Shown: one piece after another, positions 12,301 to 24,645 of the stretch
How positions within the stretch are numbered: the stretch's first letter is position 1
Layout of the letters: each line of letters begins with the position of its first letter
Assembly (NCBI GenBank): GCA_905178155.1
Contig: CAJINV010000001.1
Coordinates: 4,630,747 to 4,694,746, forward strand
From: Amoebophrya sp. A120
Taxonomy: Eukaryota; Protista; Dinoflagellata
Direction: 5' to 3'
DNA: 64,000 nt
Notes under the pieces: model-generated
Databases searched by the model: none
Told to the model about the DNA's origin: nothing
The model's input: only the letters and a program-made list of their open reading frames with translations
Program-made: the position numbers and the translations under genes

Positions 12301-15300
12301 GTGCGCCTCGTCGCCGAGGACCCCTACTTGGGGATGGATCTGGTCTGGTGGCGGGAGAAGCTCCGCGCCGAGACCGCGGTCACATTCGCGCTCGTAGAGA
12401 AGGTCCGACTCTACTGCGTGGCGTACCTCTTGCTGCAGTCGCGCCTCACGCAAACCCGCGCAGTTTTGCGAGAGTTGGCCGCGGCCCAGCAGCCCGACCA
12501 TGTTGCGGGTGTGCAGCCACCACACGAACTGACGGAGACGGCGGCGCGGAACTTGTGGGACCTAGGCCTGTCCCAGTGCATGCGGTACGACCCGGCGGTG
12601 TACCCGATGTACCTCGCGTTTGACGCCACCCAGGGCTTGATGATGTGGCCGGCGCAGGTGGAGACCCTGAAAAAGCTCGTGCAGCGCGAAGTACACCTCC
12701 TGGAAACGGGTCAAATCGTGAAGACCTCGGGCTTCTCGCCGCGGCTCCTCCGGCAGCCCTTGTTCAGCAGTCCGCTGGTGGCCCTACCAAATGAAATCAG
12801 CAGTGCAGCCTCGTCCGGCGTTTTGTGGCGCGTGACCGGGTTCGGCGAGGACAAGCGCTGGGTCGAGGTGACGCACCCAGCAGGTGCTGGTCTTGAGGCC
12901 GGTGGCCCCACCAGCACGACCACCGGATTTGTGTGGTACACGGACTTGCAAGTTCCGGACTCCGTCTTCCTTCCGGGCGAGCGCGTGCGCTTCCGCTCGC
13001 TGCCGGCGGGAGGAGATCAGTCCGTCGTGCGGAACGGCAGTTTCGCGCGGGTGCGGTACGTCGCGAACAGCAGCGAGGGCGTGCAGACCGCGGACGCGTT
13101 CCTGGTGCTGGAGCTGGAGGAGCAGCCCGGAGCCGCGCAGCAGCCTCCGTACACCCCGGTCACGGTGAAGCTGGACTACCCAACCGCGTACGCGGCGTTG
13201 GAGCGCGTGGAAGATGAAGCGGAGTCCTCGTCCTCGCCGGGCAGCACGCAGCTCACCTCGTTCACCAGCGTGTCCGAGCAGCTGCGCATGGGCGCCGGGA
13301 AAACCAAAGTGTTGTCGGGCCTATGCATTGCAAAAGTATCGTACTAGTATAAATTGCATTACAAATTTTATCAGAAAGAAAAATGGAATTTGTAATGCTA
13401 ATTCAGGTAAAAAGGTCGGTTTGTCATGCATGACTGCAATTCATACGAGTACGATACTTTTGCACAGGATAGGGCCGGACCCTCGCGACCGTGGGCAGCA
13501 CGCACCGCATCCCGGTCTTGGTGTTCACCGACGCCCTGCACGCGTCCAACACGCAGGACATCCGCAGCACCGTACGCACGCAGGGCAAGGACGTCGAGGT
13601 TTTGTCCTTCGCGGTGCACGCGAACGGCACAGTGGGCTACCTGTCCTGGCTAAAGAACAAGCTCCTGGAAGCGAAGCGCACGGGCCAAGTGATTTTCACA
13701 GCGAAGGCGAAGGATCTGCAGGGCCTGGTGGCGGCCGTTAACCTGAAGTTCGAGAAGCTGCGCACGTTGATGCGCCAGGTGCACGACTCGCAGATGTGGA
13801 TCGAGCGCGAACGCCGCGCCCAACCGGATGCAGTCGGTGCGGAGGAGGACGACGACGAGATGGAACAGCGGCTCTACGCGCAGTGGCTCGGCAGCATGCG
13901 TCGCAATGTGCAAGCCAATGATGTCCTGGAGGGTATGAATCAGGAGTATCGCAACTGCGTCGTCAAGGTTCTGGGCATGGACGAGGGACGCCTCGCGCGA
14001 AAGGAGCGCCCGGAGCCGGAGTGCGCCAACGGCGAGTCGGCCCTGGCGCCCCTGCAAGAAAGGGCGTACCAGGCCGGGGAGACCATGCGGGTGCTGTTGC
14101 TGCTGTTCGAGGTGCTCGACATTCTGTCCAGCGACGGCCACACGCTGTTCGACGAAGTGGATTCCTTGCTGGCCTGGAACAAGCAGCTGAATCTTCCGGC
14201 GGGCGACCGCATGCCGGTTCCGGCCACCTCTATCAATGAGGTCATGAAGATCTGGTGGGAGTTGCTGATGTGCGACAGCCACGAACTCGCGGAGGAAGTA
14301 GTAGGCTCGGGAAGCGCTGGCCCCGCTGCAGTCCAACCACCTGCGGCCGCGAGTCCTTCACCTCTTCGTGGCCCAGATGGCGCACCGGCCGCGCCGGCTA
14401 CTGCTGCGCAAGCAACGACTGCTGCCGCCGGCCTGGCCCGGACGAGGACCACTCCTGCGCCGCGGTACAAACGGGTTCTGGATTTGGTCGTGCGGAACGC
14501 GCACAGCAAGATGCCGCAGTCCTTCTACGACGAGTCGATTCTGCCGAAACTGGCCGACGATGTTTGCCGCCGGCTGGTCAAGGAGACGCTGGGAAAACCA
14601 CAGAAGCGGCCGGGGGACGACGTGGCCAAGGTTCGGTTCGGGGAGGGCCAGTTGCAGCGGCAGCAGGACAACTGCAAGGGCTTTCTGCTGTCCACTTCGC
14701 TGCACCACTTTTCCAGGGACAACAAGGGAATGGCGCTGGACGCATGGAGCTTCATCAACACACTCCCGCGAACCGTCCCGCTGTACGACCAGGTCCGCGA
14801 GAGCGGATCCGCGGCCAAGCACGTGCTCGGGAACATCGCGCGCGAGTCGCTGTCCAAGCAAACCAACGTGCACTACGGGCGCAGCCAGATTGTGCACGAC
14901 TTCGAGGGGGCCATGCCCTACAAGGCCGCGGAGACCCCGAGCGAGTCTTCCAAAACGGAGATGTCGCTCTACAAGGACGTGTACGAAGCCATGAGCAAGA
15001 CCATACTGACCTACCTGTCCGAACCGTGGGACGCGGAGATGGCGACGAAGGACGTGTTCGTACTGCCCGGGTTTGCGACCTCCACCGAGAGCATCAGCCA
15101 GCGACTGGCGCAACAAGCCCAGCAGGCCGGACCGCTCGCGCAAAAGAGTCGCCGCGTCCCGCAGAAGATCAGCGAGCTGCACTACCAGACGCGCCGCCTG
15201 ATCAAGCTGATCCGCCGCGAGTGCCGCGAGAATTTCGGCCGGAGTGACACGGACCACGCGCTCAAGCCGCCGGACAACTTCTTCCTTGGTGTCGAAAAAT

Positions 15301-18300
15301 TTTCCGAGGAGCTGAGCCGGATCCTGGCCGAAGAGCATGTACACGTCAACAACCTAGAAGGTGGTCCAGAGCAAGCTCATGGTCCTCCACCCCGGATCAA
15401 CATCAACAACCCCGGTAGAAGTTCTGCCAGAGCGCCGGCAGGAGCAGCTGCGCTACCTCCTGCGGCAACTGCGGGTCGTTCCACCCCAGCAGCTGCGTCC
15501 CACGAGGGTGCTCCTGGTGCGACGTCGACAACCGCCACCGAGGCGCCGGAACCGAAGTGGGCGCCGCTGGAGAAGGCACTTTGGGAGGAGGGCGACGAGG
15601 AGGGGCTGCCCACGTTCGCCACCGTGGTGCGGTTCCGCCACCTGCTGGAGCGGAACCGGACCAACACGCTGGTCGTGCCGGCGCTGCTGATGTGGTACCT
15701 GAGCCGCATGGTGTTCCCGGACAAGCACCAGCTGTCGCTGTACGCGGTCCAGGCCAACGCCGGGTCGGTGGAGCTGGCCACGCTGACCCACCAGAGCCAG
15801 GGCTTCTCCGGCACCACGGCGGACGAGATGACCCAGGCGCTGAACACGCAGAAGGCCATGACGCGCGTCGACCGGCGGGGTCGCGGCGAGTTGGCGGTCA
15901 CGTACACGGACGAGTTCGACACGGCCGAAGAGGTGCGGCACGTCCTCCTGAACGGCCACACCTCCGTTCTGGACAACCTGGACGAGAAGTTGCTGCAACG
16001 CCCGGACCGGTTCCTCTTCGAGGTCGCGCGCCGGTCGAACGTGGACGACCAGCACCGGACGGAGGGCAGTTACCCCGGCTACCACTACCGGGACTACGTG
16101 GGAGGAACGTTGCAGCCCAGAGAGCTCCAGCCTGAGAACCGGCCGGCGGCGGTGAAGTTCCACGAGTTTTCGGCCTTCATCGACGCGGGGGCCTACTTCA
16201 GCATGAACAAAATGCCGCGGAAGGAGGTCGCGTGCCGGCTGCTGTACGCGTGGAACACGCTGAACGCGGACAAGGACGTTATCGCGTTCTACGAGGACAA
16301 GACGCCGGGCCAGTCCACGTTGATGTTGTACCGGTACCAGACCCTTTTCCCCTCCGGGCGTTTCCCCGGCGCGTCGGCTGCCGTGGCCGACCGGCGGGGA
16401 CGTGAGGACAACGGTTGGCTGGACGGGGTGTGTGCGAAGCGATGGCACCGGGAGGACGAAGCGCACGCAGTGTACACGACCGGGGAGGAAGACCGGGACT
16501 ACTGGTGCCCGTCGGATGACGAGGAACAATACGTGCAGAGCCAGTGCGACGCCGCGGTGCTGCCGGCCCCGCTGGAAGTGATCGGGAGTCAGTACGAGAG
16601 CATCGCCGAGGCAGCGGGCTTTGCGTCCGTGCAGGAGCTCGAGTGGCACTTGGTGATGTACTACGACCAGGCGCACGTTATCGGGGCCGACGTGAAGTGG
16701 AAGAACCGCGCGCTGATGTCCCTGTCCGACAAGACCGGGCGCGACGCGGCGGCCCAGGGTGCGATGCGCGCGCGCGGGCTGTTCAAACCTCCGCTTCCCC
16801 AGTACCAGTTCATCACGTTCGTGATTGAGCGCCGCGTTTCCGAGGTCATCAAGCGGTTCCGAGCGGACGCAAAGGCGCTTCCCGCACTGGACGAAGACGA
16901 GGCAGCTTTCCGTGCCCTTCCAGAGGCCGAGCGGCAACAACGGGTCCTCGCGCACAACAAGGAAACCCGGCGTCGCAACCACACACGCGTGCGCTACTTC
17001 CTGACCGAGATGGAACGAACGGTGGCAGAACAGGCGGCAGCTGGAGCCGCACCGCCCGCCGCCGCGGACGGCTCTGGTGCCAGTGGTTCTTCTGCAAGCG
17101 GTGCGCGATCCGTCGCGGCCGCGGTGCAACAACTGAATCACGCCGGTCGTGAGTTTCAGATCAGTCTGGATCGCACAAGTGGCGAAATCGGGGTGCAGGA
17201 AGAAGCTGTTGTGGCTCCCGCAAGCCAGCCGGGCACACCGACCGAACCAGGCGGCTCCGCCGACGGGAGTGAGGAGGAGGACGAGGACGACGCAGCAGTG
17301 CCGCAGGCCCTTGTAGCGGAAGCGGACGCAAGGTTCAGCGACGAGGGAGATCTTCGCGTGCGGGATTTGGCTGCCTACGCCTGGCACCTGCAGGACGAGG
17401 TACTAGTTGTACCCTTTGAGTTGTGCAGTATGCGTTCCTGATGTAGTCACATGATAGACAAGATCATGATATTGTGGTTGCGAAGATACTTGTTTTTAGC
17501 ATTTCATCATGCACGTTTAGAAGAAGGCAGAGGCACTGAACTAGAAGGTATTGACCCAAAAGTTTTTAATATTGGTTTTCGATTCTTGTTACTTCCGTAT
17601 AGTAAAAGTTGTACATGAAAATAACATGAAACAGGGCGAGAAGCGCAACTTCGCAATGTCGATTCCGATGCAGCTGACGGCTATGACGCGTGCGCTGCTT
17701 GGCACGCTTCGGGGCGTGGCGTTTTTTCGGCCGTACCTCGGCAACATCCCGGACGACGAGAGCGCGCTGGGCCAAATGCTGCGCACAGACACCGAGTACG
17801 AGTACTGGCGGCAGACTGAGGTCGCGGCCCCGTCCGCCGAGGACACGCTGCGTGCCTTCCAGATCGCGTTGGGTGTGCACGACCGTATCAAGGACTTCAT
17901 GCTGGTCTCGTACGAGAACCCGGAGTGGGTGTGGCAGACCTACAGTCCGGTCAAGTACATGGTGAATCCGCTGGACAACGTGAAGGGCTCGGTGGTGGGC
18001 ATGGCCCGCAGCCTCCGGTGGAACGTGGGGGCGCTGGTCCCCGCACAGATGCTGCGAGCGTGGGAGCGCGCCACCTACCTGTGGGTGGAGCGCGCGAACC
18101 TGCACCTGGACAAGCTGCCCACCCGCGTACTGGGGTCGAAGGACACCCACTCGGACCCGAACGGGGCGGAGGTACAGACGGAGGTGCAGCTGGAGCTGGA
18201 GCAGGACCTGCAGCTCGAAGTCGGCCTCCAGCTGGACGAGGCGCCCCTGGCGCGCGACCTTCGAGCGAAAGCGACCAATAAGTACGGATTGGTGGCGCCT

Positions 18301-21300
18301 TTGGTGGTCGCCGACAACGAAAACATCAACACCTTCGGCGACCGTTGGGTTCGGCAACACGTTGCACTGCGGCTCCCTGGGATGAACCGTGACAGAGTGG
18401 AGGACTGGGTCGGTCGTTCGGACCAAGGGCGGATTCCGATCCGGGGGGGCTACAGTCTCCTTCCCGCATTCTACGCGGCGGACGCCAGTTTGCCCTCCTT
18501 CTACCGCTGGTCCAGCTTCACCGCCGTCGCAATCCGCGCGACCGCGAATCTCGTCGCGCGAGCCGCGCCGCTGGCTTTGCCGCTCGCGGACCAGGCACAA
18601 CGCGCGGGCGAAGAGCGCGCTAGGGTGCTCGACTTCCTGAAAAACGACAGCGAGCTGTTCCGGGGAACCGTGCGCGCGCGCACCATCCTGGGCGAGATGC
18701 AGAGACACGCGGCCCCGTCCTGGCGTGTGCTGACGGACGACCCGAACCTGGTGTCTCCAGACCTGTACTTGTCCAGCGATGCCGCGCAGCCCTGGGAGGG
18801 GCTGCAGTCCTGGAAAACCTTCCTGCGGCCGATGGAGCGGTACCTACAGAAGGCGTTGCTGGTGGAGGACAAGCGGGTGCGTAGCATGACCTTCCAGCTC
18901 GAAGTCAACACCTTTTTCGAGGTACCGAACTTGTCCGAGCAAGAGAGGATCGCCGTGCGCGAGTGGGCGGTGCTGAAGCGGAACGGCAATCTGGAGCAGG
19001 AGGTCGGGAGGCCGGTCCGCCGCGGGAACGGGGCGATCACCGACCTGTCGCGCCCCAGCCAACTTGCTATCACCGCGCTGGGCTTGTGGCCGCGGGCGCC
19101 TGGGACTCCGCCGGAACCGAAACCTGCGGCCACGCGCGCGCGGCGGGCGCTATTCGAGAAGGTCCTGGCGCAGTTGGAGAAATCGCGGTTACTGGAGGCC
19201 ATGGTGCGGAACCCGATCGAGAAGAAATACAGCCTGTTACTGCAGAACCCTCTGGACGAGGTGGCGCAGCCGAACCTGCGCAAGTTCGAGCGGGAGCAGG
19301 GCAAGCGGCTGGCGCGCAGTTTGGACGATGCCAGCAAGAGGGAATTGGAGGCCGAGTTGAAGAGGATTCTATTTGGGGATTCCAACCAGCTGCTGTCATT
19401 TGTGGCCAACGAGGAAGTACAAGAGCCCGTCTCTGCAGTACCTGCTGCCGTGGCGGTTGTGGATCCGGCAGCCGGAGAACCCGCGCAGCCGGCACCCGTA
19501 GAACCCGCACTGCCGGCAGCCGGAGTACCAGTGCCGCCCGCGGCCGGAGCACGCTCACCGCCGGCAGCCGTAGAACCTGCGCAGCCGGCAGCCGTAGAAC
19601 CCGCACAGCCGTCAGCCGGAGTACCAGTGCCACCAGCGGCCGGAGAACCCGCACAGCCGCCAGCCGGAGTACCCGTGCAGCCGGCAGCCGTAGAACCCGC
19701 ACAGCCGTCAGCCGGAGTACCCGCACCGCCAGCGGCCGGACAGCCCGCTGCATCCACTACGGCTCCACGGCCCAAAGCACGCCCGGCCGCGAAGCAAGCT
19801 GCACGCGGTGCGGCGCACAATGCTTTCGATGCCATCGACCTTTCGCTCTTATCGGCAAAATTCTCGCCACGCTCGCAGGAAGATGTCAGGGATGCAGATG
19901 CTAACAGAGCGCTCTGGGTGCATTCCAGCGGCGAAGACAGTGACTTTGTTGATCATTCTGGCGGGGAAGCGAGCGACGCAGCTACGCAACCGTCGCCGAG
20001 CGCTTTGCGCCGGGAGGACCGCACGCTTACGCTGACTTTCTCTCTGTCAGTCAAAGACTCGTTCTTCAACGCGGGGGAGGGCGAGCATCCGGTCACCAGC
20101 CCGGGCGGCGTGAAACTGCGTGCCGCGTTGAACGCGCTGCGGTCTCTCGTTCAGGACGCTGTCACCACCGAAAACAACCGGGGAATCCTCACCCTCAAGG
20201 AACTTAAGCCTGCGCCGAAACCGACGGCCGTTCCGCAGCAGCCACAGAGCGTGGCGGATGGACACCGAGTTGTTTCTCCCGCAGCTACTGCTGAGCAGCA
20301 GCAGGCACAAGGCGCGGTGATTGGCGTTAGAACTCCTGCTGTGCCGGCGACCGCGGATCAGCAGCCGCTGTCGCCGGGCGCTGCGGGCGATGCGGCCGCT
20401 CCGGCGGGTACCTCGCAAGACGGAGCAACAGGACGAGATCCCGCGACCGCACAACCGGCCCCGGCGTCCCCTTCCGATGGTGCGAGCTCGGATTCTTCAC
20501 CAGAACCACCGGAGGATGGGGCGGCCCGCAACCTTGAACCGGACACGACCCGTGGCTGGTTCCAGGACGGCGTTGCGCTTGAGGACGCCGCGCAGGACTT
20601 CGAGGTGCCACTGCAGCTGGCGGCCCCCGAGAAGTTAATTCAACTGCAAACCGCACTGCACAAGTTTTTCTACGCGGATAGCCCCTCGCCCTCCAAGAGT
20701 CTCGTCGCACGGTTCGCCGTGGGGAAGGAGCTGTCGTTGTACACGCGGAACATGAGCCCCGACTTCCTGACGGGCACGGACGAGGTGACCGAAGCGCAGG
20801 CGAACGAACTAGCCGTGCTGCGACACCGCATGGTGTTCCTGACGAACATCGAAACCACACGATTCGTCACGCTGCTGCGAACCTTGCAAAACGGCGGGGT
20901 TCCGGAAGCGCAGCGGTTGCGCCCCGGGCAGGAGTGCGACTCGGCGAGTCAGGCGTTCCAGCGCAGCAGCTTGCGCAGCGTTTGGGTCGTGGACCACATG
21001 GGCGCCGTGGCCGGAACTGCTTGTTGGCGCCCGAGTTTGCAAACGCCGACCCTGCAGCTGCAAAGGCACTTCCGCGAAGTCTTCCCCGCCGCGAAGGAAA
21101 CGGCGGAGCGGGTTCTGCTAGAAAACTCCCCGGACGACAAACGCCTTCAGGCCGAGAATGTCATGTTCTCTTTCCGCAATGTTGCCGCTGGTCCAGCGGG
21201 GGCACAGCAGGAACCAGGAGTGGCGGGCAAGGCCGACGCCCGCGACATCCTGCAGGGCAGCAAGCTGGAGCTGCTGAACATCGTGCACGACCGGGCGCGC

Positions 21301-23078
21301 GGGAAGTTGCTAGCACAAAGCATCTTCCTGAAGCGCGGCATTCAAAATCTGTTGCAGCACATGCGCGAGTTGAAGTTGGTCAATACACGACAGCAGCTGC
21401 CGGAGTCGAAAACGCTGCAAGAGGGCGAGCGGGTGATCGTCTTGAACGAGCCGAACCCAAACGCCGGCAGAGAGTTCTGTCCGGTCCGCATCCGCACCGA
21501 GTTGGTGCCCATTCCGGTCCAGGCTCCGTCCGCCCCGGTTTCATCAGGCGGCTTCCTCGCGCCGCGTCCAGCAGGTAGTCAAGGACAAGCTTCATCTTTG
21601 CCGCCACAACAGGGTGAAGACGCTGCGCCAGAAGAAGATCCCGCGACAGAGCGTCGAGGACGAACTGCATCTTTGCCGCCACAAGCAGGTAGCCAACAGA
21701 CTGTTGCGCCGCAGCAGGGGGCTGGAGCAGACCCCGCGGCAGGAGTTCCAGGTGCTCGATCGTCGCCGGTTGTTCCAACCGCTGGCCCGCTGCAGGGCGC
21801 AACACCAGAGCCGGCAGCAACACCAGAGTCGGCCGCACCTAGGGGACGAGCCTCATCGCAGCCACCAGCAGGGGGTGCTCCGCATGGTGGAGGTCTAGCA
21901 GCTGCGTCCGCATCGGGAAGTGGTCAAGGGCGAACTTCGTCTGTGCCCCCTATGATGAGAATTAGACAAGGAGAAACAATATTCCAACCGTTGGCGCCGA
22001 CCCACCCTCTGATTGCGGAAACTGCCACCTGTTTGTACGGCTACAAGGAGGTCGGTCGCCGGCGTCGCGTGATTTTGTTCGATGAAGAGACCACGGTCCA
22101 AGGGGTACAGCAACTCGTGCGGGACGAAATCAACGCGCGCAACGACGGTCAGCAGACGCGGTTCAAGCTTGTGGTCGGCGCGCCGCTGCAGGCGGTTCAC
22201 GCCCTGCTTCCGGAGTCGCTGCAGGGCGCGGCTGCCTCGCCGCAGCAGGAGGCACGCAAGCGGCTGGTGGCACGGTTCCTGCCGAACGTGGAGCGGCCGG
22301 ATCAGACCGCGGCGCGCAACTACCTGCTGTCCCTGACGAGAGACGGCTCGCCGCGCCCGCGTTATTACGACGTTCCGGGACTGAAAACCTCCTCGCACCA
22401 GGAAAAGCAAGCCGTGAAAAATGTGTACATCGACAACCTGCTCGGCGCGGACGAGGAGGAGGAAGCAGAAGACCGCGCCGGCGGAGGCGGAGGCGGAGCG
22501 ACCGACGGGGCGGGTGCTCCTGGCTCGCCTCGCCCGGGTGTAGCAACTACGGGCGGCAACCGCAATCAGCGTCCGGTGCGGACGACGCCGTGGGACGACC
22601 TGGACGTGCGCGATCGCCGCCTGGCCCTGCTGCTCGCCTCCGTGCTGGCCAAGCCGGACCAGGACGCGCAACTGGAACTCGACCGCGACATGCTGCAGAC
22701 GAGCAAAGAGGTGAAGGCGCTGCTACCGCTGGAGCGCCAAGCCAAGGTGTCCAGTTCGCTGAACCATATCAAATGTAAAAATGTCTGGGTCTGGAAGCTT
22801 GCCAGGTTTGTGATGCATATTTTGGAATACTTTTGATGTCTGTGATGCATGCTCTAGCATGACAGATTTTTCGAGGCCTTTGTGATGCCTCTACCGCATG
22901 AGAAATGCCCTCTCCACGTAGCACAAACTGAAGTCCTTTTGCTGATCATGCAACACAAATCTTTAGAATGAATCCAAACACAGCATCACAAGTTGCAACC
23001 TTCCAGACCCGGACAACATTTTTGCAATTCATAAACCAGCGGCTCATGCAACTCCGGTCGGGCCGCGACGACCTGTAA
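388..23078 (+). CDS. Giant multi-exon protein (roughly 6000 aa if one gene): RING-H2 finger plus DUF3638/DUF3645-like P-loop NTPase region
   Basis: Successive + strand ORFs join in frame after removal of 12 TIR elements (+5 nt each) and a GT-AG intron (17400-17634); stop TAA at 23076-23078. Motifs: RING CPIC..C..H..H..C..CPLC (~8612-8757), QLRMGAGKTKV, FDEVDSLL, MPYKAAETPS, GFSGTT, FIDAGA, YYDQAHVIGADVK, QGAMRARGL. Two joins (~2110-2300 and ~9160-9450) are unresolved, so this could be 2-3 genes; ~9450-23078 is continuous. Confidence 0.7.
1057..1261. mobile_element. Degenerate TIR intron element (205 bp)
   Basis: TATCACTCAGAAAAAAAGAAACCT...AGGTATTTTTTCTGTGTCATA; AAAGTG on both flanks. Removing the element +5 nt gives in-frame MKV/VFQKW; removing +6 nt runs into a stop. 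Confidence 0.55.
1480..1798. mobile_element. TIR intron element, family B (319 bp)
   Basis: TATCAAAATGAAAAATCCCCC...GGGGGATTTTTTCCCGCAATA; DR CGGAG; spliced EYEAE/HNMAP in frame. Confidence 0.9.
2767..3037. mobile_element. Degenerate TIR intron element (271 bp)
   Basis: TATCCTCTGCAAAGAAATATTGCGC...GCGCGATAGATCTTTGCAGTTGATA; flanks diverged (TTTCC/TCTTT); element +5 nt removal gives in-frame ENFP/ALLHLY. Confidence 0.7.
3475..3783. mobile_element. TIR intron element, family C (309 bp)
   Basis: TATTACAGGGAAAAATGCACCCACCCC...GGGGTGAGGGCATTTTTCCTGACAATA; DR GTGGT; spliced PQVVVQSL. Confidence 0.9.
4637..5109. mobile_element. Degenerate family A-like TIR intron element (473 bp)
   Basis: TATCAAATGCAACTAGGTCGGAGTCTGGATCAT...ATGATCCAGACCTAGACGTGTTTACAGTGGATA; flanks diverged (CTCGC/CAACC); element +5 nt removal gives in-frame APS/PPAGGDDVQG. 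Confidence 0.65.
5571..5777. mobile_element. TIR intron element, singleton (207 bp)
   Basis: TATCCAAGAAAAAAAAGATTGTAGGTGTAA...TTACACTAACAATGTTTTTTTCCTGCATA; DR GGAGA; spliced QME/KHDLARARLWIRQ. Confidence 0.85.
6428..6841. mobile_element. TIR intron element, family A, internally expanded (414 bp)
   Basis: TATCAAATGCAAAAATGTCTGGGTCTGGAAG...CTTCCTGACCCAGACATTTCTTCAATGTATA; DR GACGA; spliced WT/TLRDKF. Confidence 0.9.
6981..7259. mobile_element. TIR intron element, singleton (279 bp)
   Basis: Near-perfect 30-bp TIR TATCCTGAGTAAAAACGTCCCCACACCAGA / TCTGGTGTGGCTACGTTTTTACTCAGGATA; DR TCCCC; spliced LIP/SGVVSHPQAMFT. Confidence 0.92.
7624..7924. mobile_element. TIR intron element, divergent family A (301 bp)
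   Basis: TATGAAGTGCAAGTATGTTGTCTGGGTC...GACCCAGATCGATATTTGCAATGCATA; DR ATTTC; spliced MGIS/VEAQ. Confidence 0.88.
9919..10393. mobile_element. Highly degenerate TIR intron element (475 bp)
   Basis: TATCGCGAT..CCCCGCGTGGCTTGG...CCAGGCCGCGGGG..ATCGTGATA; no recognisable DR, but element +5 nt removal gives an open frame ADVI/RKAIEAF into the 10486 ORF. Confidence 0.55.
13322..13471. mobile_element. Short TIR intron element (150 bp)
   Basis: TATGCATTGCAAAAGTATCGTACT...AGTACGATACTTTTGCACAGGATA; DR GGGCC; spliced GKTKVLSG/RTLATVG. Confidence 0.92.
17400..17634 (+). other. Canonical GT-AG intron in the giant gene
   Basis: GAG|GTACTA...AACAG|GGC; phase-0 join QDE/GEKRNF restores the frame. Confidence 0.7.
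19465..19752 (+). repeat. Coding tandem repeat, 12 x 24 bp (PAAGEPAQ-like octapeptide)
   Basis: Units PAAGEPAQ, PAAVEPAQ, PSAGVPVP and variants, in the 17551 ORF frame. Confidence 0.9.
22767..23033. mobile_element. TIR intron element, family A (267 bp)
   Basis: TATCAAATGTAAAAATGTCTGGGTCTGGAAG...CTTCCAGACCCGGACAACATTTTTGCAATTCATA; DR AACCA; spliced SLNQRLMQLRSGRDDL*. Confidence 0.92.
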
Positions 23079-24645
23079 TAAGTTTGCAGACCGAAAGTAG
23101 AAGTGCAAGCGGGCGCCATACTTCTATATCGGGTAGTCGCAACCAGTGAAAACGAACAAATCACTGCAGTGGTTTTACACCTAAGTCTAACTGCAGGAAC
23201 TACTTCTACTGAACGAAGATCTCGGTTGTAGAAATATATAAAGCACCCAAGAAAAACACAAGTGTAAGCCATACCGGATCATGACATAAGACATTTCAGA
23301 TTTTTGCCGCAAACATCGAGGTCTTTTTCAATGCTTGCGGATCCTCCATACCTAATGAGACGGAGTTAGGCTGTCGCTTGCTGCTGAAGTATGCTTCTTA
23401 TGACAGCCTCGGAGGAGAAGTCTCTGCAGGCGATAAACATTGTTTTGGAAGTTTTGAATAGAAAAATGATAGAACAATTTTAGACATTGCATAATAATGT
23501 ACGTAGGTAAGGGTACTAGGGCACCAGGTGGGCCCGTTTATTTGAGTAAACAGATACGTGGATGATAGCGCGACGTGTATGATAGCAAGCAAATTCACAG
23601 AAAAGTGCACTACAGTTGTAGCAGTTTACGGGAGATGAATGCTGAAGTGAGTGTTGGTACCGTATCATCTGCGGGCCATACTTTTTCTACACTTTCTGCT
23701 TCACGACCATTAATACATGAAATTTTTTTGGCTTTCCTAATGCCGACATGTTCTATGTGATTACTTAGGTCAAAAACTGTGAACACTGGCAACCTGAACC
23801 TACACGAACCGAGTTCGCCCGCAAGGCAGTCACATATACATGAGGATGCAGACCGCGATTGCCGGACAATCCAGTGTCGGGTTTTTGTGTAGAAATGAAG
23901 GTATGGACTATTTGAAAACTACTCTGCATCAAGTTCTACTTCATTCATTGAGGAGTCCATTTCGGATCCGTAGCTCGGGATCCGATCGTAGTGGAAAACG
24001 GACGAAAGTTCTTCCGAGAAGCATGATCAACGTTCTTGGTGCTAGAAGAAATGTGAATATAAGAGGATCAGTCCTTCGTTAAAAGATCACGATCAGGTGA
24101 TCAACACTCAAGCTTTAACCAGAGCCAAGAAGCTCCACGATCGAAAAGGACAAGACTCGACAAGTGATCAATTGAAAATTATTTCCAGAGTTGACAAAAC
24201 CAAAACGAAAACCCGCACATTTGATTCCAGATCCGCATAAGTAGGCATTTCGTGATGTGGAATCTGAATATGCTCGGTCGTGTAGTTCAACCATAAAAAA
24301 ATGTTGAGAATCCTTGCCCGCGCAGTCGCTTCCCCGACTGTATTCGAACAAGACATGCTGCTCAGCCTCGATACTTACTTACTTCCTCCAGCGACCGAAC
24401 TGCAACTAGGTAGTGAACGAATGATTACGTTGATGGAAGTAGTTGAATTCTAGGTATAATGTTGCCGCTACTGCGAATCAACTCATCTTTACAGTTGCCT
24501 TTGCGTAGTTTCCTAGATTTTTAAGAATACATTTACTTTCTGCGAAGCTATTCGTGCAACTAGAGCGTAGAATCAGGACCACCGCGCTTTAGCGCTTTGC
24601 TTTATCACTCAGCTGGAAAGAACGGTTTTCTACCGCTTGAACGAC

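Noticed and set aside
388-13471. Pseudogene interpretation of the fragmented ORFs
   Set aside because: Nearly every frame break coincides with a TIR element whose removal restores the frame, and the joined exons have no stops.
15453-17387. 644-aa minus-strand ORF and other long antisense ORFs (e.g. 18501-19835, 17566-18708, 44590-45396)
   Set aside because: Shadow ORFs of GC-rich + strand exons; they overlap motif-bearing genes and show no motifs of their own.
23100-24600. Short ORFs in intergenic regions (also 27300-28500, 32900-33700, 60200-61400)
   Set aside because: AT-richer composition, no codon bias like the exons, no recognisable motifs.
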